The notes beneath the pieces are model-generated. The model ran no database searches. It was given only the letters and a program-made list of their open reading frames with translations, and had not been told where the DNA came from. Positions 24,552 to 37,700 of a DNA stretch of 64,000 nt are shown here, in pieces; the stretch's first letter is position 1, and every line of letters starts with the position of its first letter. The translations under genes were made by a program, and so were the position numbers. The stretch is from Ylistrum balloti (lineage: Eukaryota), in NCBI RefSeq assembly GCF_031769215.1, contig NW_026781869.1, forward strand, positions 248,001 through 312,000, in the 5' to 3' direction.

Positions 24552-25804
24552 GGTGAAAGTATGCTATCATTACGTTCTATTCTATTGCTATTCATCTATC
24601 TGAATATTATAACTTGAGAGTGTTTCACATATTTTTTTTCAAAATTCTAGATTCGTTGTTTTACTTTTTGAAATAATTTTTGACCAACCATGTAATTTTA
24701 TATAATTTTATATAATGGTCATTTTGACTGATCTGATAAAGTTAGTACATTAAACCTCATTATTGTACTGTACCTGGTTGTTTGGTCCTGTCATCCATGT
24801 ACTTATTTTAGAACGTGATATTGTTACTCAGATAAACTATATTTACATGTTGGAAAACGCTTACCCTTTCCGAACAAAAGTAGTCTTATTCTTTTTGTAC
24901 TTTTTCACCAGTCTCTGTTTAAGGCTTTCCATTGTACATGTTTTTGCCGCATTACCAGCAAACATTGTTATAGCGATATTACTGCTTAATTCACACTCTT
25001 ATTCCCCCTCGTAACATATATTTCTGAACATTAACAGTGAATATTGCACATCGAAACAATGTTTATGTCTGCTATTCCCATATACGGAAGAATAGAAATG
25101 TAAATGATTGTGTGACCTTTTTACTAACCCAACTCATTCACTTTTTGGAAATCTCTATCAAACGTATTGACATTTCGTAATGCCCACGCCGCAATATCTT
25201 TGACGTTTATCAGAAGCACAATTAAATTAGTGTTTGCATGTTGATGACTTATCTAGGATTAGACACGACCAACACTGCGCTTATCAACGCCAAGACTGTG
25301 GGTGCTAACCCAAAACGTATTCCATCACATTCTATAGTCCAGATTAGGATTCAAACGATACTGTCCGACGTCATGACTTGACGAGTTTACATTTCGTCAT
25401 CATATAAATAATAGTTTAGCGAATATTAAACGACGGTGTATGTCTTTACAAATAAGGGGATAGTCATATTGTTGCTATGTACAATATACACTGATCGCTT
25501 AATAGTTGAATACACAATGAAATAAGTGGAATTAGATAAGTCATATTTTCGAAGTAAATTTTCATGAAACTGGTGATCGGGTTATACTTATTCAATACAT
25601 ATAAAATATATATGTATATAGATAAGTAATGGAACATTCCTGTGATGACAATTATGGGGAAGTTTTACGGTCGTCATAGTGATATCATTGAGAAATATTC
25701 TATTTCTTTGTGCGGTATGAAGCTGGACGTGTTTGAAGCTCGTTAGTTTGTCTGTTGGTTTTATTGTTGTATACCTTGTTGTCATTTCAGGAAGTGAAGA
25801 CAAG

Positions 25805-25900
25805 GTTACATGGTGGGTGTCGGCGGTGAAGCAGAAGGCACTTACACAGAACACCTGATCTTATTTTCTTTTCTACGTTTTAAGAAGTTTCCGTGTAAGT
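25805..25900 (+). mobile_element. Dispersed Penelope-like element 3' tail, copy C
   Basis: ttacatggtgggtgtcggcggtgaagcagaaggcacttacacagaacacctgatcttatt matches the other copies. Confidence 0.6.
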
Positions 25901-27152
25901 CTATTTTGTTTAATGGTGTTTTAGTTTGGATTATTATGATATGTTAGTGATTTGTTGTTTTTTAAAGGAAACCTGAACAACTGTGATTCAGAGTTTACTG
26001 ACCACAAAACAGAACTTAGAGGAATATACACGTAAATCTGTTATTGAGTAGCATAAAATCACATCCGACTGAACATTAAAATATTAAGTATACACGAACA
26101 TTTATTTCAGTTGCATTACTAAAAGGATAACCTGCATCTTTGTATTCTCGAGAGAGATTTTGCAAAGTGTAATTACGCCAAATTTCGTGTGAATCATGAA
26201 TAACGATAACACATAGTACAGATATTGGAAATAAACATACTTAATGTATTGTTTACATGTCGCAGATGATTTGATAATCAAGAGGTTTTTACCAACAACT
26301 ACATTTCTTTCATGAAACCGACAGCTCTTAAATTCACGAAACATGTTTTTGAGAGATGAAGCTTGATGAAGATTATGATAGGATTGATAATTGTAAGAGA
26401 TGAAGTTAGATTTTGAGGTTCTCGTTAGTATGTCTGTTGGTTCCATTTACATATAAAGGAACGTGACATTACTAACATTTAGTTGGATTAACCACGATTT
26501 ATAAAGCGATGGATTGTCATTTCCATACATTAAGCTAACGGAGCCTGAGGTCAGGTTAACTTGCTGTCTCTGGCTTCATCTACCTGGGACTATAAGCTCT
26601 CGCCTCGTGGTTTCTAGATAATGTACCAACTGCCACCTGGGAGGCATTTTAATTTGCTCCCAAGGAAGGGGCCATTCTAGTAACATCAGGTCACGATGAT
26701 CAAATTTACCAGTCAAGCCCACCGTTATAGCCGTACATATTCTCTAAGAACGTCACTTCATATCCTTCCGTTTGAAAAGTGGGTTACCATTACATCAAGG
26801 TAGCCAGTCCTTGATGACTCCGGAGAATTACGTTTTCAATTTCTGTTTTTTCCCGCTGATGTCCGTAAAACACTAGTGACGTGACTTCGAGGCAGCAGGA
26901 AATGTCAGTAACATACTCTTAAATGTAATATATCATACATGAAGATAATACAATTATATCAACGAAAGTTGAATATGTCTATGAATACATGATACTTGCG
27001 AAAGTTAAATCTTTTTAACGACTACTTCCCTGTATCAGAAATATTACAGAATCCTAAAAGAATAGAGTGATTTTTTCCTACTCATGATTAAGAGTGTAAT
27101 ATGTTTATCTTCAGTCTGCATTCAATGTGTTAATATATGGTCAGGAATGTGA

Positions 27153-27257
27153 AGTGATGCTACATCATACAGCTGTTTCCTCACTAAAACTTGAGGAAAC
27201 AACTGTGTGAGTCATCATCACTGACTAGTGCTAGAAAGACGAAACAGCTGTATGATG
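27153..27257. other. 70-nt imperfect hairpin plus a second complementary arm
   Basis: The arm 27153-27183 pairs with 27192-27222 (26 of 31 positions paired in register, including one G-U) around an 8-nt loop. Separately, 27163-27179 is a perfect 17-bp complement of 27241-27257. Confidence 0.85.
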
Positions 27258-30200
27258 CACTTTAATTAATAACTTGGTTCTACTGTATGTAACTCCTAAT
27301 TTATAATGAAAGGTGAAAAAATTGCTATATAGTAATAAAAATAACACTAGCAGAAGAGGCGCAACATAAATTAATTTTCATTTCTATTTATTAATATATC
27401 TTTGTTTTGTTTTGTTGGGTTTTTTTTCTAAAATACTTACGTACATATTGAACTTCAAGTTTCTTTTAATTTAATTGTTCTGGAATACGCATTGCGAATC
27501 AATGAAGACTTCTATTATATCATATCTATTAGTAAATTTAATTATATCTCTGTAAGTAAATACTAGTCTCAAATCTATTTTGTTTTCGCAGTCGTATTGG
27601 ATGACGGAAAATGTCATCGACACAAAGATTGTTTGAAAGACAATTAAGTGAATAGCATCTTTCGATACAAATTAAGAGCAAGATACAGTAGAACCAAATA
27701 TGAATTAATCTGCGTTATGTTTCTATTTCGACCTTGTGGGGCTCATCAGTAAAAGACCATAACTGTTGAGTAAATTTAGGAGGCAAATCAAAATAGATCG
27801 AAAATAATGTCAAAGATTGGCGAAGAAGGTACACAAGCCCCATAGTTCAATAAGTTTTGTAATTCTCATACCTTTGATAGAACATCAGGGGCAGGCGTAT
27901 ATCTGGTCCATGCAACTACCTGTATTAATTAAAACAACTTTTCATTGTACAACCTCGGGAACTAAAGACCACCATCGGACGAATCTTGTCTTTCAATACA
28001 AATTAAGATTCAGATACAAAAAGATTATTTAAACAGTAGCCTGTTAAAAGAATTATAGACCCGTCAGTCACTGGCCAAAGTAATTAAATTGAAGTCATTC
28101 ATGTAATTAAATTCTAGCATTAATTACTCTTGAGATTATTGACTGATATTTGGTGACATTTCGCTTTATCAGGATAACCTTTATTTTGTACTTTGAAATA
28201 CAGATACAGTATAGTTCATGTTTGAAACATGTCAAACAGCCTCATCGTTTTGAAAAAAATGTCCGATTGATTAAATATTGACATAATCGACGCGATCAAT
28301 GTAATTCTTGACTAATTTTTTATCATAGACACTATCACACATCCGCCGAAACATCTTTAGCAAACACTTATCTTACAGGAGTCACCCATATAGAATGGTT
28401 TAATATCATCAGAGGGACGAACATTCACATAACACCATATACATATGTCTTGGACGCTGTAAACCATGCACTTGAGGCAAAAATTACCGACAATATTCGA
28501 TTGTTTTAATAGCAGTTTTAATCACACCGAAGCAAATAAAACGTATGTAATTCAAACCATATTTTCATTGAGCTGCTAACTTTCCATCGTTACATTTCGT
28601 CAATAAGGAAACTGAAATGATAAGCTAATTATTTTTTTCTGCTTTTACTTTCAATGCTAACATACATTTTGTCAACATCTTTGGAAATCCAGAAAACAGT
28701 GTCTTCAAAAGATATTTTATCCATGCAGTCACAAGAAATATGTTTATATATCAATCCGAAACAATTTAAGCATCCTAAAGTGCTATATTCAAAACAATGT
28801 CCAAAAAAGCATTTCAATCATATTTTTCGATGATATTTGCATATTGTTGCCGGACTGTTGATACATTATTTTGCAATTTTTACAAAAACGACATGAAAAT
28901 GCCAACATATCGACATAATCAATTAAACAAATTTAAACTGTTTTTTGTTTAAATACAAAACCAACAACAACGAATCAATCGAAAACATCTAACATCAAAA
29001 AAGAAAAGAATATTTCCCAAAGAGATCTTGGTGACGATCATCGGTCTGGATCTCACGAAAACATGTGTGGTGTAGTTATATGTGTATTTAGCATTTGAAT
29101 ATCGAATCGGCTGTTACACTTTACATGTTAAACTGTAGGTTGGCAAGCAGGGATATTACTCTCGAGAAAAAGAACGTTCATATCTCGAAATCAACACCTT
29201 GAACAAAGCATTCAGATGGGCATTATATTTGTCAAAAGTTATGTTGGACTTTTTTATTTGTATATTAATGTCCTGCTGTCCTGCTTCCGGTTGTTGAAAG
29301 GCTGGTTAGATATGACCATTAATTGGTGAAAATTTTCAAAGGCAAAAAAAAAAAAAAAAAAACAAACAAATAAAAACGAACAATCGTAAACAGTCAACAG
29401 TTATACATTTGTTGAGAATAGTCATATTAGTTTCTTTTTTGAGTGTCAATTTTGTTGTTAATCATTAGCAACAATCTGATTTTTTAATTAATCACTTGTC
29501 AACTCCAACTAACTATTTAACAACTGTTGCCTGGTCTCAGTATATTGGGTACTTGGTATACTGGCAGCCTTGTCTGTTTAAGCTTCATGCCCATGCGATT
29601 GCGACTAGTGTAACTACAAAAACAAGCAAGACAACGATATTTTTTGCCAATACGAAAGAAAAAATAGCTTCACGTTTATATGGCTCTCATGAGTATGGGT
29701 ATGATTTCATAGCACGTGACAAGCATTACTTGACGTCTCAAGGAATTAATGTTCAGCAGCAGTAGCAAGTACGAATGTGTACTCTCGGGAGACATCGTGT
29801 CTTTCCGTAATGTGATAGATTTAATGCGCTATATAAGTAATACAATTACAATCAAGTCACAGTTTAAACTGTAAATGAATTACCTATTATATAGTTTAGT
29901 CTTAAATAAAAGTGATAATACGGTATGGTCTGTTTTAAAAGACGTTCTTGTAGCAAATTGGCGATGAAGGAAATGACATTGAGATTGGTTATCTATTAAA
30001 CAATGTGCCAGCAGATAAGTAACATGTTACTAGATAACTAGTGAAATTGACTTTTAATATAAACCTAATTATGATTTACGTAAGATAAATACCATCCAGT
30101 TCGTGACCGCTGCGACATCATTATGTTGGCGGTAAAAACATAAAGTCAAAATAGCTTGCCCACTTGCCGTTTTTTTTCACTACCGATAAGGTTTTATTTA

Positions 30201-31443
30201 TTTTAGCTTAAGTCAAGATATTAACGACATAAAACGCAGCACGCGTTGGTAATGTAAATATAATCACTGAACTATCTTGGTACGGCATTCATAGTAGTTG
30301 TAAATGTCATGATACAACAAATTCATGTTTATGAAAGTATTTCGTACATTATTTATTTGTTTAAATTACTCTTCTATGGATATATACCTTTATTTATGTT
30401 ATTGTAATAGAACTAGCAGCTACACTTCTGAATTATTATATTTCACTTAATGTTAACCATACACTGACAAATATTTTAGTTTATCTCATCATAAAGGGAT
30501 GCACCTTATAAGGATTGTGTGTCTCGTTATAAAGTTTCAACGTCTCGATCTCGTGTTAACGAGATAATAAGTTGTTATAATGAGAAACCACCATATCAAT
30601 ACTGGTGTATTCTAATTTTAACAGCTGTGAGTTCAAAACTTGCTTAACTTTAGATGCTTGTTTGTAAAAGTGACAATTGTATCTTCTAAGCTGATTTAAT
30701 TGATAGCATTGTATATTGTCTTAAACTTAAGACTCCGGATTATTATATATGACTTACAGATTTTAAAAATGTTCAATGTTACCATCGATTTCCAGACACT
30801 TTCTCTATGTCTTTAGAGGCATTATACATTAAGCATAGATCCTTCTGTAAGTAATGAAGAAATGAATTTTATACTGTTCAAAAGTCCCAACTTATTGCAT
30901 GACTACTAAACGTATTTCAGTAGGGTTGAATGTCTGCCTTCACTCCACTTAATTTCTACCTAGTACATTCATCAGTTTGTGTAAACAGAATCAATCTGTG
31001 GGAACATTAAAGATATTTCCAGACGTCAATATGACGGGTGTGTTACTACTTGAATATTACTATAGTGCGTTATGTACAAACCAGCCAACATAGTGACTAT
31101 ATCATAGGTATTCTGTCACTTTACCATTTCCAGAAGGCATCTACATCTGGCAGTGCTAAACTTGTGTTGTAGACAGAGAAACAATTACTGAAAGATTTAA
31201 ATGTTATTTCCTTATTCTTCTTTGAATGATATAATCCATTTTGCATTTTGTGATTTTTTGATTGAATGCTGCATATGCCTATATAGGACTGAGGTATTCA
31301 AGTGTAGAATGATTGGCTACACAAATTCAGTAAAACGATCTGCCATTGGTCAAAAAGTAAATTCAGATATCACATGATAGCTTAATGTAACACCGTTAAT
31401 TCTCTTTATAGGCACACCCAAAAAAATCAACCCCCAAACTTTT

Positions 31444-31752
31444 GATCACGTGACGTAGTTCTGTGTCATGCGCCTGTAAACACTCACGCTGGTAATGTTA
31501 TTTACGATATTGTCGCACACCCAGGCCCGCTCCTCATACTCTCGTAGATCGTGTGTTATGAGATATTCATATGGGAATTTCCAGCGGGTGTTTGACTTGC
31601 GAGATTATATAAAGCCCGGCGTCCTTACAAAGCTGCTATTCCAATAATGAGTGTATATCCGTACCGTCCGTCTTTCATTTGATCGTTTATAACTTATTTC
31701 ACAACAGGCCTTTCACTTTGGAACACGTAACAACTGGCTCAGCACCTCAAAG
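31444..31752 (+). promoter_or_regulatory. Promoter and non-coding first exon, probably of the NPTGW peptide precursor gene
   Basis: TCACGTGA E-box at 31446-31453 overlapping TGACGTA at 31451-31457, GGGAATTTCC kappaB consensus at 31573-31582, TATATAAA at 31606-31613, and a strong donor AAAG|GTAAGT at 31753. The next clear coding exon on this strand opens at 46933, two nt before its ATG. Confidence 0.62.
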
Positions 31753-34700
31753 GTAAGTTTAGATGATAAATTCTGAATCTTATCTTTTAACATCTTAGTG
31801 CGCGTAACTAGTTGTTGTTCAGAAAAACAGGAGTCAATCCTTTTTAATTCTTCATCTTCATAACTACTTTTATATTCATCGTTATGCAGGTTACACGAGT
31901 TTACATTACATACATACGTTATGAAGGCCAAATATTTGTCTTTATATTTTTGTTTTCGGTAAAACATTTTCAAATGATATCGAAGTAAACGTTTCGAATA
32001 GTTATATATACAGATTCCTGCTACCTGTATTCCATCTTTCCAAAACGACAAACTAACGATTTAAAAAACTTAGTCAATTTTTCTTTTATAATTTTTCATT
32101 TGAGTATTTTAATCCTTTTGAAAATATATTTATTAACATATGGACCGTTGCGATATCTCGTTTTCCCCTTAAAGATAATGATAGATATCTGGAAATTGAT
32201 AGAAATGACGCTGATAAGGGTTAATTACCGTTATTTGTATTGAAATGACGTCCTTTAAAACTTAAGTACATATTTATTTTCTTTTTGTCACAAGGATATT
32301 ATTGTGTGATATACATATACATTTGTTAGCACTCATAGATAAAAGAATGTAGTAATTCCTATTTGGTTTTAATGTACTTCATCTGAAGAAGATTCTATCT
32401 GTTATTTTTTTAGTGTTTATTGACCGGAAATAGAAATAATTCCATGTGAAATATACCTTATACATTTGTGTTTTGTCTATTCTGTTAAGTATTGTTGTAC
32501 ATATAGCCAAAAACGGATTGCTGAATATGACGTTTTATGAAATATTTTATCGTGGACACATCTTAGTTAACGTCGTGATTCGGTTTCTACCATCAGCAGT
32601 TTCGATGTTTTTCTTATGCTAAGTTATTCATATTGACTTTGGAGGTCTTTGGTAGAGTTCAATAAAATGTTGCATCATCGCACTTCACAGATTTTCAATA
32701 CTTGAATAAGTGCTTTGTTGATGCCTTTTTTCACTTTCAAGATATCAGCAACGAACAGAAAAAACCCATATTATAGAGTTTTGAGAGATACATGTTGGTA
32801 AAGCTTTTGTTGAAATTTTGCGGTCGTGATAATGATCGAGTTGGGAAATATCCTATTTCATTGTGCGAAAAGTTAGACGTGTTTGATGTCCCTAAGCATG
32901 TCTGGTGTTTTTGTTACCGTGTTCTCATTTGAGGAAGGTATATTACTTACTTGGGTGGCGCGATCTGTGTTAATACTTCTTTTTGTTCTTATTTTGCTAT
33001 AGTTTCATTGACTCTGAGTTTGAATGAAGTGTCTGTTGACATGTCGGGATTTTCATTATGGTTTTTAAGGACTCTGAAATAAAAGTTAATTATCAGAGCA
33101 TTATCAAATATAGGGTATAATCTTTCTTTTCTGGGTGATGAATTCAAATCTAAAAAACCGATTTCAGATGACTTTCTCATTATCTCGGTATCATGCAATA
33201 GCACATTAATACAAATAGTGATTGATCAGCAGGAAAAACAATATGAAAAGAGTAGAGATAAAGAATTCCGTTTATTCACAAAACGGAAAGGAATACATGT
33301 ATAACTTAATTCAAATATTCTGACGTATATAGCAGTAAACGAAGTCCACAATAACATGTTATTGTTTCCTCTTTCAAATTCCTAGCTAACAAACTTTCCA
33401 AAAGGCATCCCCAGAACAAAAACTAGACTTTGGAAATTAAGGTCATTTAACTTTCATGTATCCTCACAATGTAAGCACAATTAATGTATAGTAGCATATA
33501 AATCAATATTTGGCTGGTATAATTTATATTTCGCTGAGGTAACAGACGGACTCTTTGATAGTTCTGAAATCTCTTGTCCTGCTACTGTTATGGCTGCAGG
33601 TATATCATATATCCCTTACTTTACTAAAGCTCACTTGTCCGTGTGCTGTATTTCTGAAAACATTATGATATCGTCATGTCGCAAACACTTTTGTTTTTTA
33701 TTCGAAAATCGCTTAAATATGCAGAAACACAAGAAGGGAAAAGGTAATATATTTGTCCATTTGTTTACGAGGTATTTTATCCTATGTTATTATTTTTTCC
33801 TCATTTTTCCTATTTTATATTGCAGTGTTATGGTGTCAAATCATACATCATAAAAAGTGCCAAAAGAGTAATTAGAAATTTAATCTTAAACTTGCAAATT
33901 GTAACAATGTTCTAAGGCAGAGTGTTCTAGTACTTCACCATTTTATATGACCTTATATATAATCACATACATTGTTGACCGGTCGGAAAGTCATACCAAG
34001 TCAAACATAAACGTCTGTTGATATAGAAATGATAAAAAATTCTTTTATATTGCGAACCTGATGCCGATTTTATTGTGTTACTATATCGAAAGAGTAAAGT
34101 CCATATCTGCTTGGCAAAACAAATGTTTATGTGATTAATTTGAGTAGCCTAGTATTGGAGTAATAGTTTACTCTTTCGATATAGTAAAACAATAAAATCG
34201 GGATCAGGTTCGCATTATAACAAGAACGAGTAAACGGATATATCGCACTCACCACGCATACACAAGATATATCATTCTTAACATTGATACCATTGGGAAT
34301 CAATATACATGTAAACCATGACCAATCATGGAGTATACAAGAATGAAAGCAATAAAGATGATTTCTTTTATAGAGAAATAATATTAAAGGCAATTTGGGG
34401 ACGTACATGTTAAACTGTAGATTCTATGACGTTTCAGATAATCAGATATGTTGAGGATATATGTACACAGAACTAATTTTATAAGTTAATCTCATCGGTT
34501 TGGGTTTATAAATGGAATGGCGATGGATGGCAAGATCAGGCGTCATACTGTGTTAATGACCGTAAAGAAACAGGAAGAGAATAAATATACCCAGCTGTAG
34601 ATTATAAGACCAACCCATATCGTGGCGTTTTACTTACCATTTTACCATATCTACAATGCAGATACTAAGTATTGACTTTTTTTAGTACTATTGGGATCAG

Positions 34701-37700
34701 TTTAAATATAACTTGCTGTTATCGTGCTCCCTTCAGGATTGCATCAAGTTGGAATTTGGTGAACAAATCGGTGTCTTTCTTGATTATATGGGGTAATTTC
34801 CCAGAGGTGTATCTGCCTTTGCATAATGTTAAAATCCGGAAGAGTTTCATTTGAATGATCAACAATTGTCTCTTTCCAAATATGTCTATGGTGCCCGTAT
34901 CTAAGGAAAATTATCAGTCGATTTGATTTTTTTTCAAATTCCTGAATTCCTCAAGGACAAGACGACTCGAAGAAGAATTAATTCAATTACAAATTATCTT
35001 GAAATGTTCAATTTTGAAACAATTCAATTAAAATGGCACCTCGTCGTTAATTATTATGGTGTATGCAAAAAGAAACCTTTCTTTTCAGGCTGAGTTGTTT
35101 TTCATCGAAATGTCGAGCAACAAAACTAAATGTCAACGTACTCCTTGATGTGTTGGAGATAAACAAAAACCAATGATAACCGGTGGTACTTTTTAAAAGC
35201 AGTATCATTAACCGATATATGAGTGAATATATCTATTATACGCTGAAAGTGATGAAAACAAACGCTTATGTATTCTTCAGACATTTAGTCCCCTAGGTTT
35301 GCCGTAGCCTGCATGCCACCAATCTAACTATTAATTCGTATTAAAAGGTACTATACACTTTTGTGTCTTTTGTACAATCATCCGACTCAACTACTACATA
35401 TTGACATACATCTGAGATAATGGTCAATTAAAAACATTTTTGAATGTTTATCTCGTTATATCTTAAATCTGCGAAACCAGTTCATGATTCAAAATCATCT
35501 TGTTCTCTTTTTGACAATTACGTAATTCTTATTTGATATTCCTAACAAAATTAAGTTTATTTGTAACGGACTTCACACAAATACATATTGCACGTGTACG
35601 TACGTAATGCTAGTTTGTTTCTATGCGATCTGAATACGTTTATTCTTTTTTGTCCGTCTTTAGCCAGAGTACAATTCAGAATCAGTTATTTCTATCTTTT
35701 TTGTTGCTGAAATTCTCTGTAAAGCTAAAAGATCATACTTAAGAAAACAAAGAAACAAAACAAAAATAAACAAAAAAAAAAAAAAAAAAAAAACATCAAT
35801 TTACTATGATCAAATATATTTGATCTCATTTATTGCTCTACGCATATTGCAGATGAAATGAAAGTTATATTTCTAATTGAAGGCCTATCACAAAAGAGAA
35901 TCTAGATATGTTTCAATATTTCAACTGGTTACGGTGACCTCTTATTGAACACGTATGTTCATATCATTAACAACAATCTGTGGTAAAAGTGATCAAATGA
36001 AATACAATGAACACAACAAGCCAATTTATTAAAACTTCTTCATTCAGACATGAAATCAGTGAAACACATTCATTTTCAGTTTACACCATTTTGGCATTTT
36101 TTAAGGTCATAATTTCAAAAATATGCGTTCTGTAATGAACAGCTACATATTTTAAAGCAAGCAAACGATGACGATTATTACTTCAGTTTGGAATAGCGTA
36201 TGGTATTGTACACTGTGAGTAAATCAAATTTCTAACAAATGATTTACCAAGTAAAACCAGAAAATAGTAAGGCCAAGAAAAATTCCCTCAAGACAGTTTT
36301 GTTGATGAGAATCACAAACCTGTCAAATTAATATGAATGAAACTATTTTCAATATCGATAAGAGCAAGCAAAAAGCTTAAAACGATGTTGGCGTTCATGA
36401 TTAATTACGAAAGCTGACCTATACAAGCTATTACATTTTATGTAGATATCAATATCGATATAAATGTTATAGATACACTACCGAATAACGTTATGATAAA
36501 ATATCCCAGAATGAAATAAATGAATTTTGTACAAAGCATAAAAATATAAATCATCAGTACCCGATGATATTACAAGTAATTTAATTTTGATAGAAATCAA
36601 TTTCTCCTGTGTCAGAACAATAAATTGCAGATATGAGAACAGTCAAAGGTCAATTATTAATCGACTGATACATATACATAAAATCATGGGAAAATGTATG
36701 TCTTCTGCTATTAGTCAAGGTGGGCTTGTTTATACATATTTATGTTTGTTTGTTTGTTTGTTTGTTTTGTTTTTTTTTTTTTTGACGAGGCTGTCGCCAA
36801 AAGGATCATGTGTCACCTTATGTTTACTTTATTAATTATTTATACTGTTTTTATTTATTAAGAGTTAAAGAAATATAGCTTCTATCTTGTCTATCTGCAT
36901 TCAGTGGCATGTTTCCAATACCCCAGTTTCCGTGCAGGTTAATAGACTCACAAGACTTATAGGGTTTTGTAGTAGATCAGAATGATCTCATTAGACGTTG
37001 TTCCAGTTTCTTGTGTTACATGTTGTTAGATGTGTTGGATTTTCGATGATTGTACAAATATGTGAATTACAACTTTAACAGAAATTAAACTAAGAACCGC
37101 CAAAGACTGATATTGAGCTGCATCCTACAGTTTTTCGTCCTTTGAGAAATCGTCGGCGATACTAATAATTTGAAAATTAGGAGATGACTGAGGAAAATCA
37201 AAAGTGATTGAAAAAATATGTCAAACCCTATATGGAGAGATGCAAAAGCCCGATAGTTCAATTAATGAAGATATATTTATATATCTGATAACTTCGTAAG
37301 AAAGTCAAGTACCTGTGCGTTTTCTTAACACTGCCACTATTTGAATGAACGTTAAAGCAAACCTCTTATGCCCCGTGACTTCTTCATTGTTACTTTGGTG
37401 CCATTAGAAACTGTGACATTGTCCAGTCCTGACTGGCCAATAATACATTGATGAAGAAAAGATGGTTCCAATTCCGGAACACATAGTGTTGTTCTTCTTT
37501 TCAATCTTGGTCAAGTAAGTTAGTTTCTGATATTCATTTGTTTGCTCTCATCATTTAACTTTCAAAATTTTAACTTTGACAAGACATATTTTTCTCTTTT
37601 TTCATACTAAGTAATGATAAAGGTTAAGTTATTAGAGAGCAAAGATCCTTGGTATAAGCCTTTATTTTAATCCAGACATACAAATATAAATATTATTTAT

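Noticed and set aside
27192-27213. Hairpin 3' arm (ugaggaaac...) as let-7
   Set aside because: Only UGAGG is shared, and the let-7 seed GAGGUAG is absent.
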